A stretch of 64,000 bases of DNA from Alphaproteobacteria bacterium (GCA_965248835.1 CBDFLJ010000001.1:96001-160000), one strand, 5' to 3'. Shown: positions 48,926 through 59,787, numbered from the stretch's first letter. Numbers and translations: made by a program. The notes: generated by a model not told the origin, from the letters alone.

Positions 48926-48935
48926 GAGGACTCGC

Positions 48936-48968
48936 AAACCCGCCGACCGTCCGGTCGGGGGGTTTTTT
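48936..48968 (+). terminator. Intrinsic terminator in the metZ leader
   Basis: AAACCCGCCGACCG...CGGTCGGGGGG followed by TTTTTT. Confidence 0.8.
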
Positions 48969-48995
48969 GTTATGTGCGCGGAAGGAAAGGACCGG

Positions 48996-50201
48996 ATGAT
49001 GGATGGGAATGCCGCGGGCGCTAGGCGGTGGCGGCGCCAGACGGAGATGGTGCGCGGCGGTCTGCTCAGGTCCCAGCACGGCGAGACCTCCGAGGCGATC
49101 TACGCGACCTCGGGTTATGTCTACGGCGCGGCCGAGGAAGCCGAGGATGCCTTCGCCAACCGCACCGAGCGGTTCATCTACTCGCGCTATGCCAACCCGA
49201 CCGTGGAGATGTTCCAGGAGCGCCTGCGCCTGGCCGAGAACGCGCCGGCGTGCTGGGCGACCGCATCGGGCATGTCGGCGGTCTTCGCTGCGATCATGTC
49301 GATGGTCAAGGCGGGCGATCACGTGGTCGGCGCGCGCGCGCTGTTCGGCTCCTGCCTCTACATCCTGACCGAAATCCTGCCGCGGATCGGGGTGGAGACG
49401 ACGATCGTCGAGGGGCCCGACCTCGAAGGCTGGGAGCGGGCGCTCGCCCGGCCGACGCGCTGCGTGTTCATCGAGACGCCGTCCAACCCGGGGCTCGACA
49501 TCTTCGACATCGCCGCGATCTCCGATCTTGCCCACCAGGCCGGCGCGCTGGTGATCATCGACAACGTCTTCGCCACCCCGGTCCTGCAGCGCCCGCTGGA
49601 GGCCGGCGCCGATATCGTGGTCTATTCCGCGACCAAGCACATCGACGGCCAGGGGCGCTGCCTCGGCGGGGCGATCCTGGGCAGCGAGGAATACTGCACC
49701 GAGATCGTCAAGCCGTTCCTGCGCCATACCGGCCCCTCGCTCAGCCCGTTCAACGCCTGGATCCTGCTCAAGGGCCTGGAGACGCTGGACCTGCGCATCC
49801 GCCAGCATTGCCGCAACGCGCGCCAGATCGCTGCTTTCCTGGAGGGCCAGAAGGGGCTCTCCAGGGTCCTCTATCCGGGCCTGGAGAGCCATCCCCAACA
49901 CGCGCTGGCGAAGAAGCAGATGAGCGATTTCGGCAGCGTGGTCACCATCGAGCTTGCCGGCGGCAAGGAGCGCGCGTTCCGATTCGTCAACGCGTTGTCG
50001 CTGATCGATATCTCCAACAATCTGGGCGATGCCAAGTCTCTGGTCACCCACCCGGCGACCACGACCCACCAGCGGCTGTCGCCGGCCGAGCGTGCCGGGC
50101 TCGGCATCACCGACGGGGTGGTGCGCATTTCGGTCGGGCTCGAGGATCCCGAGGACATCAAGGAAGACATAGAGGCCGCGCTGAAGGCGGCCGGGGCGTG
50201 A
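48996..50201 (+). CDS. metZ: O-succinylhomoserine sulfhydrylase
   Basis: ETSEA, YSRYANPTV, YSATKHIDGQGR and NNLGDAKSL motifs. Confidence 0.95.
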   Translation: MMDGNAAGARRWRRQTEMVRGGLLRSQHGETSEAIYATSGYVYGAAEEAEDAFANRTERFIYSRYANPTVEMFQERLRLAENAPACWATASGMSAVFAAIMSMVKAGDHVVGARALFGSCLYILTEILPRIGVETTIVEGPDLEGWERALARPTRCVFIETPSNPGLDIFDIAAISDLAHQAGALVIIDNVFATPVLQRPLEAGADIVVYSATKHIDGQGRCLGGAILGSEEYCTEIVKPFLRHTGPSLSPFNAWILLKGLETLDLRIRQHCRNARQIAAFLEGQKGLSRVLYPGLESHPQHALAKKQMSDFGSVVTIELAGGKERAFRFVNALSLIDISNNLGDAKSLVTHPATTTHQRLSPAERAGLGITDGVVRISVGLEDPEDIKEDIEAALKAAGA

Positions 50202-50275
50202 GCGTCCGGTGCTTTTACGGCCCGGGCAATGCCTTTAATATCCGTCGGCACCGATGCAAGCGTTGAGGAGCGCCC

Positions 50276-50668
50276 ATGTACACGGCCAAGACCAGGGAGA
50301 TCCGAGTTTCGGTCGAGCCCGCATATCTCGATGAGCAGTCCTCGCCGATCGATGGCCACTTCGTCTGGGCCTATCACGTCAAGATCGACAACGAGGGCGC
50401 CCGGACCGTCCAGCTTCTGAGCCGACACTGGAAGATCACCGACGGCATGGGCCGGATCCAGGAGGTGCGCGGCGCCGGCGTGATCGGCGAGCAGCCGGTC
50501 TTGCAGCCGGGCGAGAGCTTCGAATACACCTCCGGCACGCCGCTTCCGACGCCGTCGGGGATCATGCGCGGCACCTACGGCATGCAGGCGCTTGACGGCG
50601 AGCGGTTCGATATCGAAATTCCGGCGTTCTCGCTGGACAGCCCGCACGAGGCCCGGCGGGTCAACTGA
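50276..50668 (+). CDS. apaG: ApaG protein
   Basis: [21 protein letters not shown] and YTSGTPL motifs. Confidence 0.95.
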   Translation: MYTAKTREIRVSVEPAYLDEQSSPIDGHFVWAYHVKIDNEGARTVQLLSRHWKITDGMGRIQEVRGAGVIGEQPVLQPGESFEYTSGTPLPTPSGIMRGTYGMQALDGERFDIEIPAFSLDSPHEARRVN

Positions 50669-50726
50669 GGACGGCCGTTCGAGGCATGATCCGGGCCAGC
50701 ACCCAACCAGAGGGAAGCGTCGCAAA

Positions 50727-51365
50727 GTGTCGTTCAAGCAAGTCAAGCTGTCGTCCCTCGTAACCGCCGAGAACCGTCCGAGCCTCGAAGAGGCCCGCGA
50801 GGCCGTGCGGACCCTGATCCGCTGGGCCGGCGACGACCCTGCCCGTGAGGGGCTGATGGACACGCCAGACCGGGTTGCGAGGGCCTATGGCGAATGGTTC
50901 TCGGGCTATTTCGAGGACCCTGAGGAAATCCTCGCCAAGACCTTCGAGGAGACCGAGGGCTACGACGAGATGGTGGTGCTGCGCAACGTGCGCTTCAACT
51001 CCCATTGCGAGCACCATATGGCGCCGATCATCGGCATTGCCCATGTCGGCTATTTGCCGCGTCGCCGCGTCGTGGGCATCTCCAAGCTTGCCCGGCTGGT
51101 GGAGGTCTATGCCAAGCGGCTGCAGATCCAGGAGAAGATGACCGCCCAGATCGCGCAGGCCGTCATGCATGTCCTCCAGCCCGAAGGGGTCGGCGTGGTA
51201 ATCGAGGCCACGCACGAGTGCATGTCGACCCGCGGCGTCGACAAGCCGGGCGCCACGCTGATCACCAGCCAGATGACCGGCCCGTTCCGCGAAGATCCCT
51301 CGACGCGGCGCGAGTTCCTGGCGGCGATCGGCAACCCCCGGATGGGCCAGTCCTTCTCGGCGTAA
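50727..51365 (+). CDS. folE: GTP cyclohydrolase I
   Basis: TPDRVA, SHCEHH, GISKLAR, RLQIQE and HECMSTRG motifs. Confidence 0.95.
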   Translation: MSFKQVKLSSLVTAENRPSLEEAREAVRTLIRWAGDDPAREGLMDTPDRVARAYGEWFSGYFEDPEEILAKTFEETEGYDEMVVLRNVRFNSHCEHHMAPIIGIAHVGYLPRRRVVGISKLARLVEVYAKRLQIQEKMTAQIAQAVMHVLQPEGVGVVIEATHECMSTRGVDKPGATLITSQMTGPFREDPSTRREFLAAIGNPRMGQSFSA

Positions 51366-51410
51366 GCCGTCGAGGACGCCGGCCTGCGCCAGGATGGGCA
51401 GGGCCATAGG

Positions 51411-52859
51411 GTGCTCGACTTTCGTCCGATCATCTTCGTCATGGGGATCCTGCTGACCACCCTGGCGCTGGCCATGTGCGTGCCGATGGCGGCCGATCTG
51501 GCCGACGGCAACCCCGACTGGACGGTCTTTGCCGGCTCGAGCGGGCTGACCCTGTTCATCGGCGTGGCCATGGTGCTGACCGCGCGCAGCCCGCGCTTTC
51601 AACTCAACATCCGCCAGGCGTTCCTGTTGACGACGGGGTCCTGGCTGGTGCTGACGATGTTCGCGGCCCTGCCGTTCACCTTCGCGTCGATCGGGCTGTC
51701 CTATACCGACGCCTTTTTCGAGGCGATGTCGGGCATCACGACCACCGGCTCGACGGTGATCACGGATCTGGATAGCGCGCCGGCCGGAATCCTTTTGTGG
51801 CGGGCGCTGCTGCAATGGCTGGGCGGCATCGGCATCATCGTTATGGCGGTCGCCGTCCTGCCGCTGCTGCAGATCGGCGGGATGCAGCTCTTCCGCACCG
51901 AGTCCTCGGACCGCTCGGACAAGGTGCTGCCCCGGGTCACCCAGATCGCCGCCGGTATCGGCCTGACCTATCTCGGCCTGACGGTTCTCTGCGCGCTGCT
52001 GCTGCTGGCCGTCGGCGTGACCGGCTTCGATGCCGTGGCGCACGCGATGACCACGATCGCAACCGGTGGCTTCTCGACCTCCGATGCCTCGGTCGCGGTG
52101 TTCGCCAACCCGACCGCGGAGGTGATCATCACCGTGTTCATGCTGTGCGGCGCGCTGCCTTTCGTCCTTTACCTCCAGGCGGTGCGCGGCGATTTGGGCG
52201 CGATCGCGCGCGACAGCCAGGTCCGCACCTTCATCGCGATCGTCGTGTGCGTGGTCGTCGCGATGACGCTCTGGCGGGTGCTTGCCGCCGGGGTGCCGGT
52301 GCTCCAGGCGCTGCGCCAGGTCGCCTTCAACGTGGTTTCGATCATCACCGGCACCGGCTATGCCACGGCCGATTACGACGGCTGGGGCAACTTCGCGATC
52401 GCGGTGTTCTTTTTCATCATGTTCATCGGCGGCTGCGCCGGGTCGACGACATGCGGGATCAAGGTCTTCCGGTTCCAGGTCCTCTATGTGACCGCCGAAG
52501 CGCAGATCCACCGCCTGATCCAACCCCACGGCGTGTTCGTGCCCCATTTCAACCAGCGCCCGATCGAGCACGACGTGGCAAGCTCGGTGATGAGCTTCTT
52601 CTTCCTGTTCGCCGCCAGCTACGCGGTGCTGGCGCTGCTGCTCGGCGCGCTCGGGCTCGACTTCGTCACCGCGATGTCGGGCGCGGCGACCGCGATCTGC
52701 AATGTCGGCCCTGCGCTGGGCCCGGTCATCGGACCGAGCGGCACCTTCGCGCCGCTGCCCGATGCTGCCAAGTGGGTGCTGTCGGCCGGCATGCTGCTCG
52801 GCCGGCTGGAGCTGTTCACCGTCCTGGTCCTGCTGACCCCGTCATTCTGGAGAGGCTAG
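51411..52859 (+). CDS. trkH: Trk potassium uptake membrane protein
   Basis: FEAMSGITTTG, QWLGGIGII, ATGGFS, IGGCAGST and LGRLE motifs. Confidence 0.95.
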   Translation: MLDFRPIIFVMGILLTTLALAMCVPMAADLADGNPDWTVFAGSSGLTLFIGVAMVLTARSPRFQLNIRQAFLLTTGSWLVLTMFAALPFTFASIGLSYTDAFFEAMSGITTTGSTVITDLDSAPAGILLWRALLQWLGGIGIIVMAVAVLPLLQIGGMQLFRTESSDRSDKVLPRVTQIAAGIGLTYLGLTVLCALLLLAVGVTGFDAVAHAMTTIATGGFSTSDASVAVFANPTAEVIITVFMLCGALPFVLYLQAVRGDLGAIARDSQVRTFIAIVVCVVVAMTLWRVLAAGVPVLQALRQVAFNVVSIITGTGYATADYDGWGNFAIAVFFFIMFIGGCAGSTTCGIKVFRFQVLYVTAEAQIHRLIQPHGVFVPHFNQRPIEHDVASSVMSFFFLFAASYAVLALLLGALGLDFVTAMSGAATAICNVGPALGPVIGPSGTFAPLPDAAKWVLSAGMLLGRLELFTVLVLLTPSFWRG

Positions 52860-52979
52860 GGAAACCACGCGAACGATCGATTCGCAGGTGCGTTTTCCGA
52901 GCCATGGTCCATTCGTGGCACAAGACACCGCCGTCATCCTTCGCGCGGCGACCCTCGGCGGGCGTCGTCTGAATTTGTG

Positions 52980-53120
52980 AAGGAAAAGGACCTTCCGAAG
53001 GTCGCTTGGTCGGCGCCCGCATGAGGGGTCGTCGGAGATTGCAGGATCCGACAAGCCGAGGAGTTCGACGCAGGAGTACCGGCTAACGGAGAAAGGGCGG
53101 GTCGCCATCACGCTTATCGC
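52980..53120 (+). pseudogene. Relic of a Fic-like C-terminal wHTH domain
   Basis: SDKPRSSTQEYRLTEKGR resembles the PDKPxSxxQxYRLTxKG tail of Fic/ATPase proteins; no intact upstream ORF. Confidence 0.5.
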
Positions 53121-53122
53121 GC

Positions 53123-53171
53123 AATTGGGCTCGGGGTCCATTTTCCCGAAAAATGGACCCCGAGCCCAATT
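53123..53171. repeat. Perfect 22-bp inverted repeat just downstream of tRNA-Glu
   Basis: AATTGGGCTCGGGGTCCATTTT-CCCGA-AAAATGGACCCCGAGCCCAATT. Confidence 0.9.
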
Positions 53172-53176
53172 ACCGG

Positions 53177-53252
53177 TGGCGTCCCCTAGGGGACTCGAAC
53201 CCCTGTTTTCGGCGTGAGAGGCCGATGTCCTAGGCCACTAGACGAAGGGGAC
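53177..53252 (-). tRNA. tRNA-Glu (CTC)
   Basis: 76-nt cloverleaf GTCCCCTTCGTCTAGTGGCCTAGGACATCGGCCTCTCACGCCGA...GGTTCGAGTCC...CCA. Confidence 0.97.
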
Positions 53253-53294
53253 ATCGTGGCGTTCGGCCAGTCTTAGCGCGGTCTGTCGCAAGGA

Positions 53295-53609
53295 TCAAGG
53301 GTGGCGCGCCGGGGCGGGTTGCCTGGCGGTCTCGATCGGGAAGGTCCCGATCCGCCGGCCATGGGCGAGGTCGTAGACGTGGATCGCCATCGTGCCGTCG
53401 GGCAGGCGCAGCCTGAGGGCGATGCGCTCACCCTCGAGGTCGGTCTCGAGGATTTCCGCACCGGCGGGGATAACCAGCGGCCCCGCGGTCCCGGCCGGTC
53501 CGGCCGGCTCGCTTGTGCCGACACGGGTGGCGATGGTGACCGCGACGACGGCGAGGCCGGCGATGATCAGCACCCCCATGCCGATGACGAGAGCCTTGAG
53601 CGCTCCCAC
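53295..53609 (-). CDS. Small conserved membrane protein divergent from rluD
   Basis: LKALVIGMGVLIIAG TM segment; typical position in alphaproteobacteria. Confidence 0.75.
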   Translation of the reverse strand: MGALKALVIGMGVLIIAGLAVVAVTIATRVGTSEPAGPAGTAGPLVIPAGAEILETDLEGERIALRLRLPDGTMAIHVYDLAHGRRIGTFPIETARQPAPARHP

Positions 53610-53630
53610 CGATTGTGCTCACTCTCTCCT

Positions 53631-54647
53631 ATGGAAGACCGATCGGACGACCCCGGCCGCGACCGCCGCCACCTTGTCCCGGCGCCCTGCGGTGCCGCCG
53701 GCGCCCGGCTGGACCGGGTCTTGGCCGGCGCGCTGCCGTCGCTGTCCCGGACCCGGCTGAAGGCGCTGATCGAGGCCGGGCATGTCAGCCTCACCGCCGC
53801 TGCGAACAGCGACGCGCGGACGATAAGCGAGCCGTCCCATCGGGTCAAATCCGGTCAAATTTTCGCCGTTTTCGTGCCCGAGACTGTTCCGCCCGAGCCG
53901 GCGGGCGAGGCGATCCCGCTGGCCATCGTTCATGAGGACGAGCATTTGGTGGTGGTGGATAAGCAAGCCGGTCTGGTCGTCCATCCGGCGCCCGGCAACG
54001 CGACGGGAACGCTGGTCAACGCGCTCATCGCCCATTGCGGGGCGGACCTGTCGGGGATCGGCGGCGTGCGCCGGCCGGGGATCGTCCACCGGCTGGACAA
54101 GCTCACCAGCGGGCTGATGGTGATCGCCAAGACCGACGGCAGCCACGCGTCTTTGGCGGCCCAGTTCAAGGCGCGCACCATCGAGCGCGCCTATACCGCT
54201 CTGGTCTGGGGCCGCCCGCGCCAGGCCCAGGGCACGATCGAGGCCAATATCGGGCGCAGCCCGCGCAACCGCAAGAAGATGGCGGTGCTGGCTCGCGGCG
54301 GACGCCCGGCGCTGACCCGCTGGCGGCGGTTGCGCGCGCCGGGCCGTGCGGCCAGCGTGCTCGAATGCAGGCTCGCGACGGGAAGGACCCACCAGATTCG
54401 TGTCCATCTCGCGCATCTGGGCCTGCCGGTGATCGGCGATGCGACCTATGGCGGCGGGTTGACGCCGGCCCGGCGCGCCCTGATCGGCGACGATGACGGC
54501 TTGCGCATGCTGGCGACGCTGGGAAGACAGGCGCTGCATGCCCACCATCTGGGCTTCATCCACCCGGTGACCGGCCGCAGGATGCAATTTGATGCCGATA
54601 TACCTTTTGAATTGAAAGAATTAGAGAATGTTCTGGACAAGGTGTAG
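53631..54647 (+). CDS. rluD: RluA/RluD family pseudouridine synthase
   Basis: S4 domain RLD, GIVHRLDKLTSG, TGRTHQIRVH and RQALHA motifs. Confidence 0.93.
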   Translation: MEDRSDDPGRDRRHLVPAPCGAAGARLDRVLAGALPSLSRTRLKALIEAGHVSLTAAANSDARTISEPSHRVKSGQIFAVFVPETVPPEPAGEAIPLAIVHEDEHLVVVDKQAGLVVHPAPGNATGTLVNALIAHCGADLSGIGGVRRPGIVHRLDKLTSGLMVIAKTDGSHASLAAQFKARTIERAYTALVWGRPRQAQGTIEANIGRSPRNRKKMAVLARGGRPALTRWRRLRAPGRAASVLECRLATGRTHQIRVHLAHLGLPVIGDATYGGGLTPARRALIGDDDGLRMLATLGRQALHAHHLGFIHPVTGRRMQFDADIPFELKELENVLDKV

Positions 54648-54767
54648 AAAGGTGGGCGGCGCCATACCATCTCCTGCTTCAGGTGAGTGTCGGTGGAGGG
54701 TTCGCATCCGCAAACTCCCGGCGGGGAGCGCGAGATGAGCCGGAGCGACCCGAAAAAGGATGCGCCT

Positions 54768-55655
54768 ATGACCGCGAGCCTGCCCAGCGTCCCGCAGCTC
54801 GACCCGCAGAGCAACCTGTCGCGCTACCTGCAGGACATCCGCAAGTTCCCGCTGCTGGAGCCGGACGAGGAGTTCATGCTGGCCAAGCGCTGGCGTGAGC
54901 ATGGCGACACCGAGGCGGCGCACCGGCTGGTGACCAGCCATCTGCGCCTGGTCGCCAAGATCGCCATCGGCTACCGCGGCTACGGCCTGCCGATGGGTGA
55001 GCTGATCTCCGAGGGCAATGTCGGCATGATGCAGGCCGTCAAGCGCTTCGACCCCGACCGGGGCTTCCGCCTGGCGACCTATGCGATGTGGTGGATCCGG
55101 GCGGCGATCCAGGAGTATGTCCTGCATTCCTGGTCTCTGGTGAAGATCGGCACCACCGCGGCCCAAAAGAAGCTGTTCTTCAACCTGCGCCGCATCAAGG
55201 GTGAGATCCAGGCGATCGAGGAAGGCGACCTCGACCCGGACAACGTCACCCTGATCGCTCAGCGGCTCAACGTCTCCGAAGACGATGTCGTCCAGATGAA
55301 CCGGCGCATGGCCGCGCCCGACAACTCGCTCAACGCGCCCTTGCGAGCCGACGGCGACGGCGAGTGGCTGGACTGGCTGGTCGACGATTCCGACTCCCAG
55401 GAGACGAAGCTGGCCGAGGCCGAGGAGTTGGAGCGCCGGCGCGAGCTCCTTGGCAAGGCGCTGCAGCAGCTCAACGAACGTGAGCGGCGGATCCTGACGA
55501 TGCGCCGGCTGAGCGAGGAGCCGGCGACGCTGGAGGCGCTTAGCGGCGAGTTCGGCGTCTCGCGCGAGCGAATCCGCCAAATCGAGGTGCGCGCCTTCGA
55601 GAAGATCCAAAAGGCGATCCGCGCCGCGGCCATCGAGCAGCGGCTGCCGACCTAG
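54768..55655 (+). CDS. rpoH: RNA polymerase sigma-32 factor
   Basis: SHLRLVAKIA, RLATYAMWWIRA and RpoH box QKKLFFNLR; follows rluD. Confidence 0.97.
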   Translation: MTASLPSVPQLDPQSNLSRYLQDIRKFPLLEPDEEFMLAKRWREHGDTEAAHRLVTSHLRLVAKIAIGYRGYGLPMGELISEGNVGMMQAVKRFDPDRGFRLATYAMWWIRAAIQEYVLHSWSLVKIGTTAAQKKLFFNLRRIKGEIQAIEEGDLDPDNVTLIAQRLNVSEDDVVQMNRRMAAPDNSLNAPLRADGDGEWLDWLVDDSDSQETKLAEAEELERRRELLGKALQQLNERERRILTMRRLSEEPATLEALSGEFGVSRERIRQIEVRAFEKIQKAIRAAAIEQRLPT

Positions 55656-55714
55656 CGCCTGTCCGCCTGGACGGATGCGGTCCGGGTTCGACAAGGCTGC
55701 GATCATGTCCCCTC

Positions 55715-57007
55715 TCAGGTGGCGAAGGGATCGCGCACCATGATCGTGTCCTCCCGCTCCGGGCTGGTCGACAGCAGCGCCACCGGCGCCTCGATCAGCT
55801 CTTCGATGCGCCGGATATACTTGACCGCGGTTGCCGGAAGCTCCGCCCAGCTCCGCGCCCCGAAAGTGCTGTCCGTCCAGCCTTCGAGTCTCTCGTAGAC
55901 CGGCTTCAGCGCCGCCTGGTCGCGGCCCAACGCCGGCAGATGGCCAAGCCGGCCTTCCGGGCCGTCATAGGCGGTGCACACCATCAGCGATTGGATCCCG
56001 TCGAGCACGTCGAGCTTGGTCAGCGCGATTCCGTCGATCCCCGCGATCTTGATCGCCTGGCGGACCATTACCGCGTCGAACCAGCCGCAGCGGCGCCTGC
56101 GCCCGGTCACGGTACCGAACTCGCGGCCGCGCTCTCCCAGCGTACGGCCGATCTCGTTGTCCTGCTCGGTGGGGAAAGGCCCGCTGCCGACACGCGTGGT
56201 GTAGGCCTTGGTGATGCCCAGCACATAGCCGATCGAGCGGGCGCCGATGCCGCTGCCGGCCGCAGCCTGGCCGGCCAGCGTGTTGGACGAGGTCACGTAA
56301 GGGTAGGTGCCGTGATCGAGGTCGAGCATCGCACCCTGGGCGCCTTCGAACAGGATCCGCTTGCCGGCGCGGCGGGCCTGGTCGAGCCGCTGCCAGACCG
56401 GTGCGGCATAGGGCAGGATGCGGGGTGCGATCTCGAGCAGCGGATCGAGCACGTCGGCCCGGCCGAGCTGATCGGCGCCCAGACCGCGGAGCAGGGCGTT
56501 GTGGTGGGTGAGCAGATTTTCCACCCGCTCGACCAGCCCCTCCGTGTCGGCAAGGTCGCACACCCGGATGGCGCGGCGGGCGGCTTTGTCCTCGTAGGCC
56601 GGTCCGATCCCCCGCCCGGTGGTGCCGATCCGGTTGCGGCCTCGCGCGGCCTCGCGCGCGCGGTCGACCAGCGGGTGCATGGGCAGGATCAGGCAGGCGT
56701 TGTCGGCCACGCACAGATTTTCCGGCGTGATGTCCACCCCCATCGCACCGATCGTGTCGATCTCCTCCAGCAGCGCCCACGGATCGACCACAACGCCGTT
56801 GCCGATCACCGAGAGCTTGTTCTGGCGCACCACGCCGGAGGGCAGCAGGCTGAGCTTGTATGTCTTGCCGTCGATCACCAGCGTGTGGCCGGCATTGTGG
56901 CCGCCTTGAAACCGCACCACCACGTCGGCGCGCTGCGACAGCCAGTCGACGATCTTGCCCTTTCCTTCGTCGCCCCACTGGGCGCCGACCACGGTGACGT
57001 TACCCAT
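55715..57007 (-). CDS. purA: Adenylosuccinate synthetase
   Basis: [25 protein letters not shown] and EFGTVTGR motifs. Confidence 0.98.
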   Translation of the reverse strand: MGNVTVVGAQWGDEGKGKIVDWLSQRADVVVRFQGGHNAGHTLVIDGKTYKLSLLPSGVVRQNKLSVIGNGVVVDPWALLEEIDTIGAMGVDITPENLCVADNACLILPMHPLVDRAREAARGRNRIGTTGRGIGPAYEDKAARRAIRVCDLADTEGLVERVENLLTHHNALLRGLGADQLGRADVLDPLLEIAPRILPYAAPVWQRLDQARRAGKRILFEGAQGAMLDLDHGTYPYVTSSNTLAGQAAAGSGIGARSIGYVLGITKAYTTRVGSGPFPTEQDNEIGRTLGERGREFGTVTGRRRRCGWFDAVMVRQAIKIAGIDGIALTKLDVLDGIQSLMVCTAYDGPEGRLGHLPALGRDQAALKPVYERLEGWTDSTFGARSWAELPATAVKYIRRIEELIEAPVALLSTSPEREDTIMVRDPFAT

Positions 57008-57019
57008 CTGCGCCCCCGG

Positions 57020-58177
57020 TCATGGAACCGGTCGGACTCTGCCGGCCTCGAACAGGTGGCTGCAGCCGAGCCGCGCGGCCTCCGAACCCGAATCCGCCTC
57101 CGTCAGCCCGGCGAGCGTGACCCAGCCTTCGGCGCGCAGTGCGCGGCCGATCTTCGGTGCGGTGCCCACGGGCAGATAGACCCGCTGGCCGGCGCCGGGC
57201 TCGGCAAGCACCCGAAGGATCGTATCGACGTAATGGGTGATCCCGGTCGCCGGCTCGGCGGTCGTCTCGTCCGCGCCGTTGGCGCCGGCCAGGTAGCGCC
57301 CGCCGCTGGCGAGCTCGCCGCGCACGTCCCGCGGAAAGATCGTGAAGCAGATCCCGGTATGGTATTCGAACCCCCGGTTCTCCACCGGATCGGCGGTCAG
57401 GATGAGCTGGGGTGCCGCGGCACGGATCTCCGCAACCACCGTGGCCAGGCGCTCGCGCTCGCGCGCTGCGGCGTCAGGCAAATCGAGCCTGCGCAGGCAC
57501 TCCAGGCAGCGCTCGGCCGTGCCGCAGGCTGCCAGCACGTCGCACAGGACCCCGGCCAGCGGGCCGGCATGGGCGGCAATCGCCGCGGCGTCCTTGTGGT
57601 CCAACGCCTCGCGCAGGTCGCGGTTGTGCTCCAGCGCCAGACCGTTTGCCGCGCAAAGCGCCGGAACCAGGGGGGGCAGGGTCAGATCTACCGTGATGTC
57701 GGCAACGCCGACCGCTGCCAGCGCTTCGGCGGCGAGCACGATCAGCTCCGCGTCCGCGCGCGCGGACGCGGAGCCGATCAATTCCATCCCCACCTGGGCG
57801 AACTGGCGTTCGGGGCGGAGCTGGGTGCCGGTTACTCTCAGGACTTCACCGGCGTAGCACAGCCGGACAGGACGCGGCAGATCACCCAGGCGGGTGGCCG
57901 CGATGCGGGCGATCTGCGGGGTGATGTCGGACCTGAACCCCATCATGCGCTGGGACAGCGGATCCATCAGGCGGAAGGTTTCCGCGGCCATCGCCGCCCC
58001 GGCACCGCTCAGCAGGCTGTCCTCGAATTCGACCAGCGGCGCCTTGACGCGGTCGTATCCGTTGGCGGCGAAATGGGCGATCAGCCGTTCGACGACCTCT
58101 GCCTCCTGTGCCGCGTGCGGCGGCAGGAGGTCCCGCAGTCCGGCCGGAAGCAGCGCCTTGCGTTCCAGATCGGTCAT
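57020..58177 (-). CDS. hisZ: ATP phosphoribosyltransferase regulatory subunit
   Basis: LPAGLRD, RSDITPQIAR, RLCYAG and RGFEYHTG motifs. Confidence 0.93.
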   Translation of the reverse strand: MTDLERKALLPAGLRDLLPPHAAQEAEVVERLIAHFAANGYDRVKAPLVEFEDSLLSGAGAAMAAETFRLMDPLSQRMMGFRSDITPQIARIAATRLGDLPRPVRLCYAGEVLRVTGTQLRPERQFAQVGMELIGSASARADAELIVLAAEALAAVGVADITVDLTLPPLVPALCAANGLALEHNRDLREALDHKDAAAIAAHAGPLAGVLCDVLAACGTAERCLECLRRLDLPDAAARERERLATVVAEIRAAAPQLILTADPVENRGFEYHTGICFTIFPRDVRGELASGGRYLAGANGADETTAEPATGITHYVDTILRVLAEPGAGQRVYLPVGTAPKIGRALRAEGWVTLAGLTEADSGSEAARLGCSHLFEAGRVRPVP

Positions 58178-58196
58178 CGCGCGCGTCCCGGCGGCC

Positions 58197-59774
58197 TCAG
58201 AACCTAAGCGCGCGGGCCTGGACGACGCCCGGCAACGCGCGGACCTCGGCCAGGACCTCCAGCGGAATCGCGCCGTCCAGGGCCAACAGCGCGACCGCGT
58301 CGCCGCCCGGCCCGCTGCGGCCAAGGTGAAAGGTCGCGATATTGACCCCGGCGTCGGCGAGCGTCGAGCCCAGCCGGCCGATATAGCCCGGCTCGTCGCG
58401 GTTGACCGTGAACAGCATATGCGGACACAGCTCGGCTTCCAGCGGGATGCCGTTCAGCTCGATGATCCTGGGTTTGTTGGCCGCGAACAGCGTTCCCGAC
58501 ACCGACCGGGTGCGGCGCTCGGTCGTCGCGGTCAGGCGGACCAGCGACTGATAGTCCGAGCGGCGGTCGTGCTTTGCCTCGGTGACGCGGATATTGCGCT
58601 CGCGCGCCAGGACCGGTGCGTTGACGAAGTTGACCGAGTCCAGGATGGGCGAGAGAAGCCCGTGCAGCAGCGAGGTCGATATCGGCTGGGTGTTGAGCCC
58701 GGCGACGGCGCCCTCGTATTCGATGACGATCGTTCCAATGCTGGTCTCGGCGACCTGGCCGGCCAAGCTGCCGATCTGCATTGCGAGCTTCATATAGGGC
58801 GCGAGCTGGGTCGCTTCCTCGCTGCTGAGGGAGGGAACGTTGACGGCATTGACCACCGCCCCGTCGAGCAGATAGTCCGCCATCTGCTCGGCGACCTGCA
58901 CGGCGACCTTTTCCTGGGCCTCGATGGTCGAGGCGCCCAGATGCGGTGTCGCGATCACGGCGTCCAGGCCGAACAGCGCGTACGCGCCGGGCGGCTCCTC
59001 GGGGTAGACATCCACCGCGACGCCGCCGATAAGGCCGCTTGTGATGCCCTCGCGCATGGCCGCGGTATCGATCAGCTCACCGCGCGCGCAGTTTATGATC
59101 CGCATACCGGGCTTCATCGCCGCAATCGCCGCGCCGTCTATCATGCCCCGGGTCTCATCGGTCAACGGCGTGTGCAGGGTGATCACGTCGGCCCGCGCCA
59201 ACAGGGTCGCGAAATCGACCTTGTCGACGCCAAGCTGCTGGACGCGCTCCGGCGTCAGGAACGGGTCGAATGCGATGACCTTCATCTTCAGACCCCGCGC
59301 CCGGTCGGCCACGATCGAGCCGACATTGCCGCATCCGATGATGCCCAGGGTCTTGCCGGTGAGCTCCATGCCGACGAACTTCGAGCGCTCCCATTTCCGC
59401 GCCTGGGTGGAGCGGTCGGCGGCGGGAATCTGGCGGGCGAGCGCGAACATCATCGCGATCGCGTGCTCGGCCGTGGTCACCGCGTTGCCCAGCGGCGTGT
59501 TCATGACCACGATGCCGCGGGCCGAAGCTGCGTCGACATCGATGTTGTCGACGCCGATCCCGGCGCGCCCGATCACCTTGAGATTGGTCCCGGCCCGGAC
59601 CAGCGCATCGGTGACCTTGGTTGCGGAGCGCACCGCGAGCCCGTCATAGAGGTCGATCCGATCGAGCAGCGCCTGCGGCTCGATCCCGATCTCGACATCG
59701 ACCGCGATGCCGCGTTCCTTGAAGACCTCGACCGCCTGCTGGCTCAGTTTGTCCGATATGAGGACGCGGACCAT
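58197..59774 (-). CDS. serA: D-3-phosphoglycerate dehydrogenase
   Basis: GRAGIGVDN, GCGNVG and TPHLGAST motifs; C-terminal ACT domain. Confidence 0.96.
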   Translation of the reverse strand: MVRVLISDKLSQQAVEVFKERGIAVDVEIGIEPQALLDRIDLYDGLAVRSATKVTDALVRAGTNLKVIGRAGIGVDNIDVDAASARGIVVMNTPLGNAVTTAEHAIAMMFALARQIPAADRSTQARKWERSKFVGMELTGKTLGIIGCGNVGSIVADRARGLKMKVIAFDPFLTPERVQQLGVDKVDFATLLARADVITLHTPLTDETRGMIDGAAIAAMKPGMRIINCARGELIDTAAMREGITSGLIGGVAVDVYPEEPPGAYALFGLDAVIATPHLGASTIEAQEKVAVQVAEQMADYLLDGAVVNAVNVPSLSSEEATQLAPYMKLAMQIGSLAGQVAETSIGTIVIEYEGAVAGLNTQPISTSLLHGLLSPILDSVNFVNAPVLARERNIRVTEAKHDRRSDYQSLVRLTATTERRTRSVSGTLFAANKPRIIELNGIPLEAELCPHMLFTVNRDEPGYIGRLGSTLADAGVNIATFHLGRSGPGGDAVALLALDGAIPLEVLAEVRALPGVVQARALRF

Positions 59775-59787
59775 TTCCGAACTCCGT

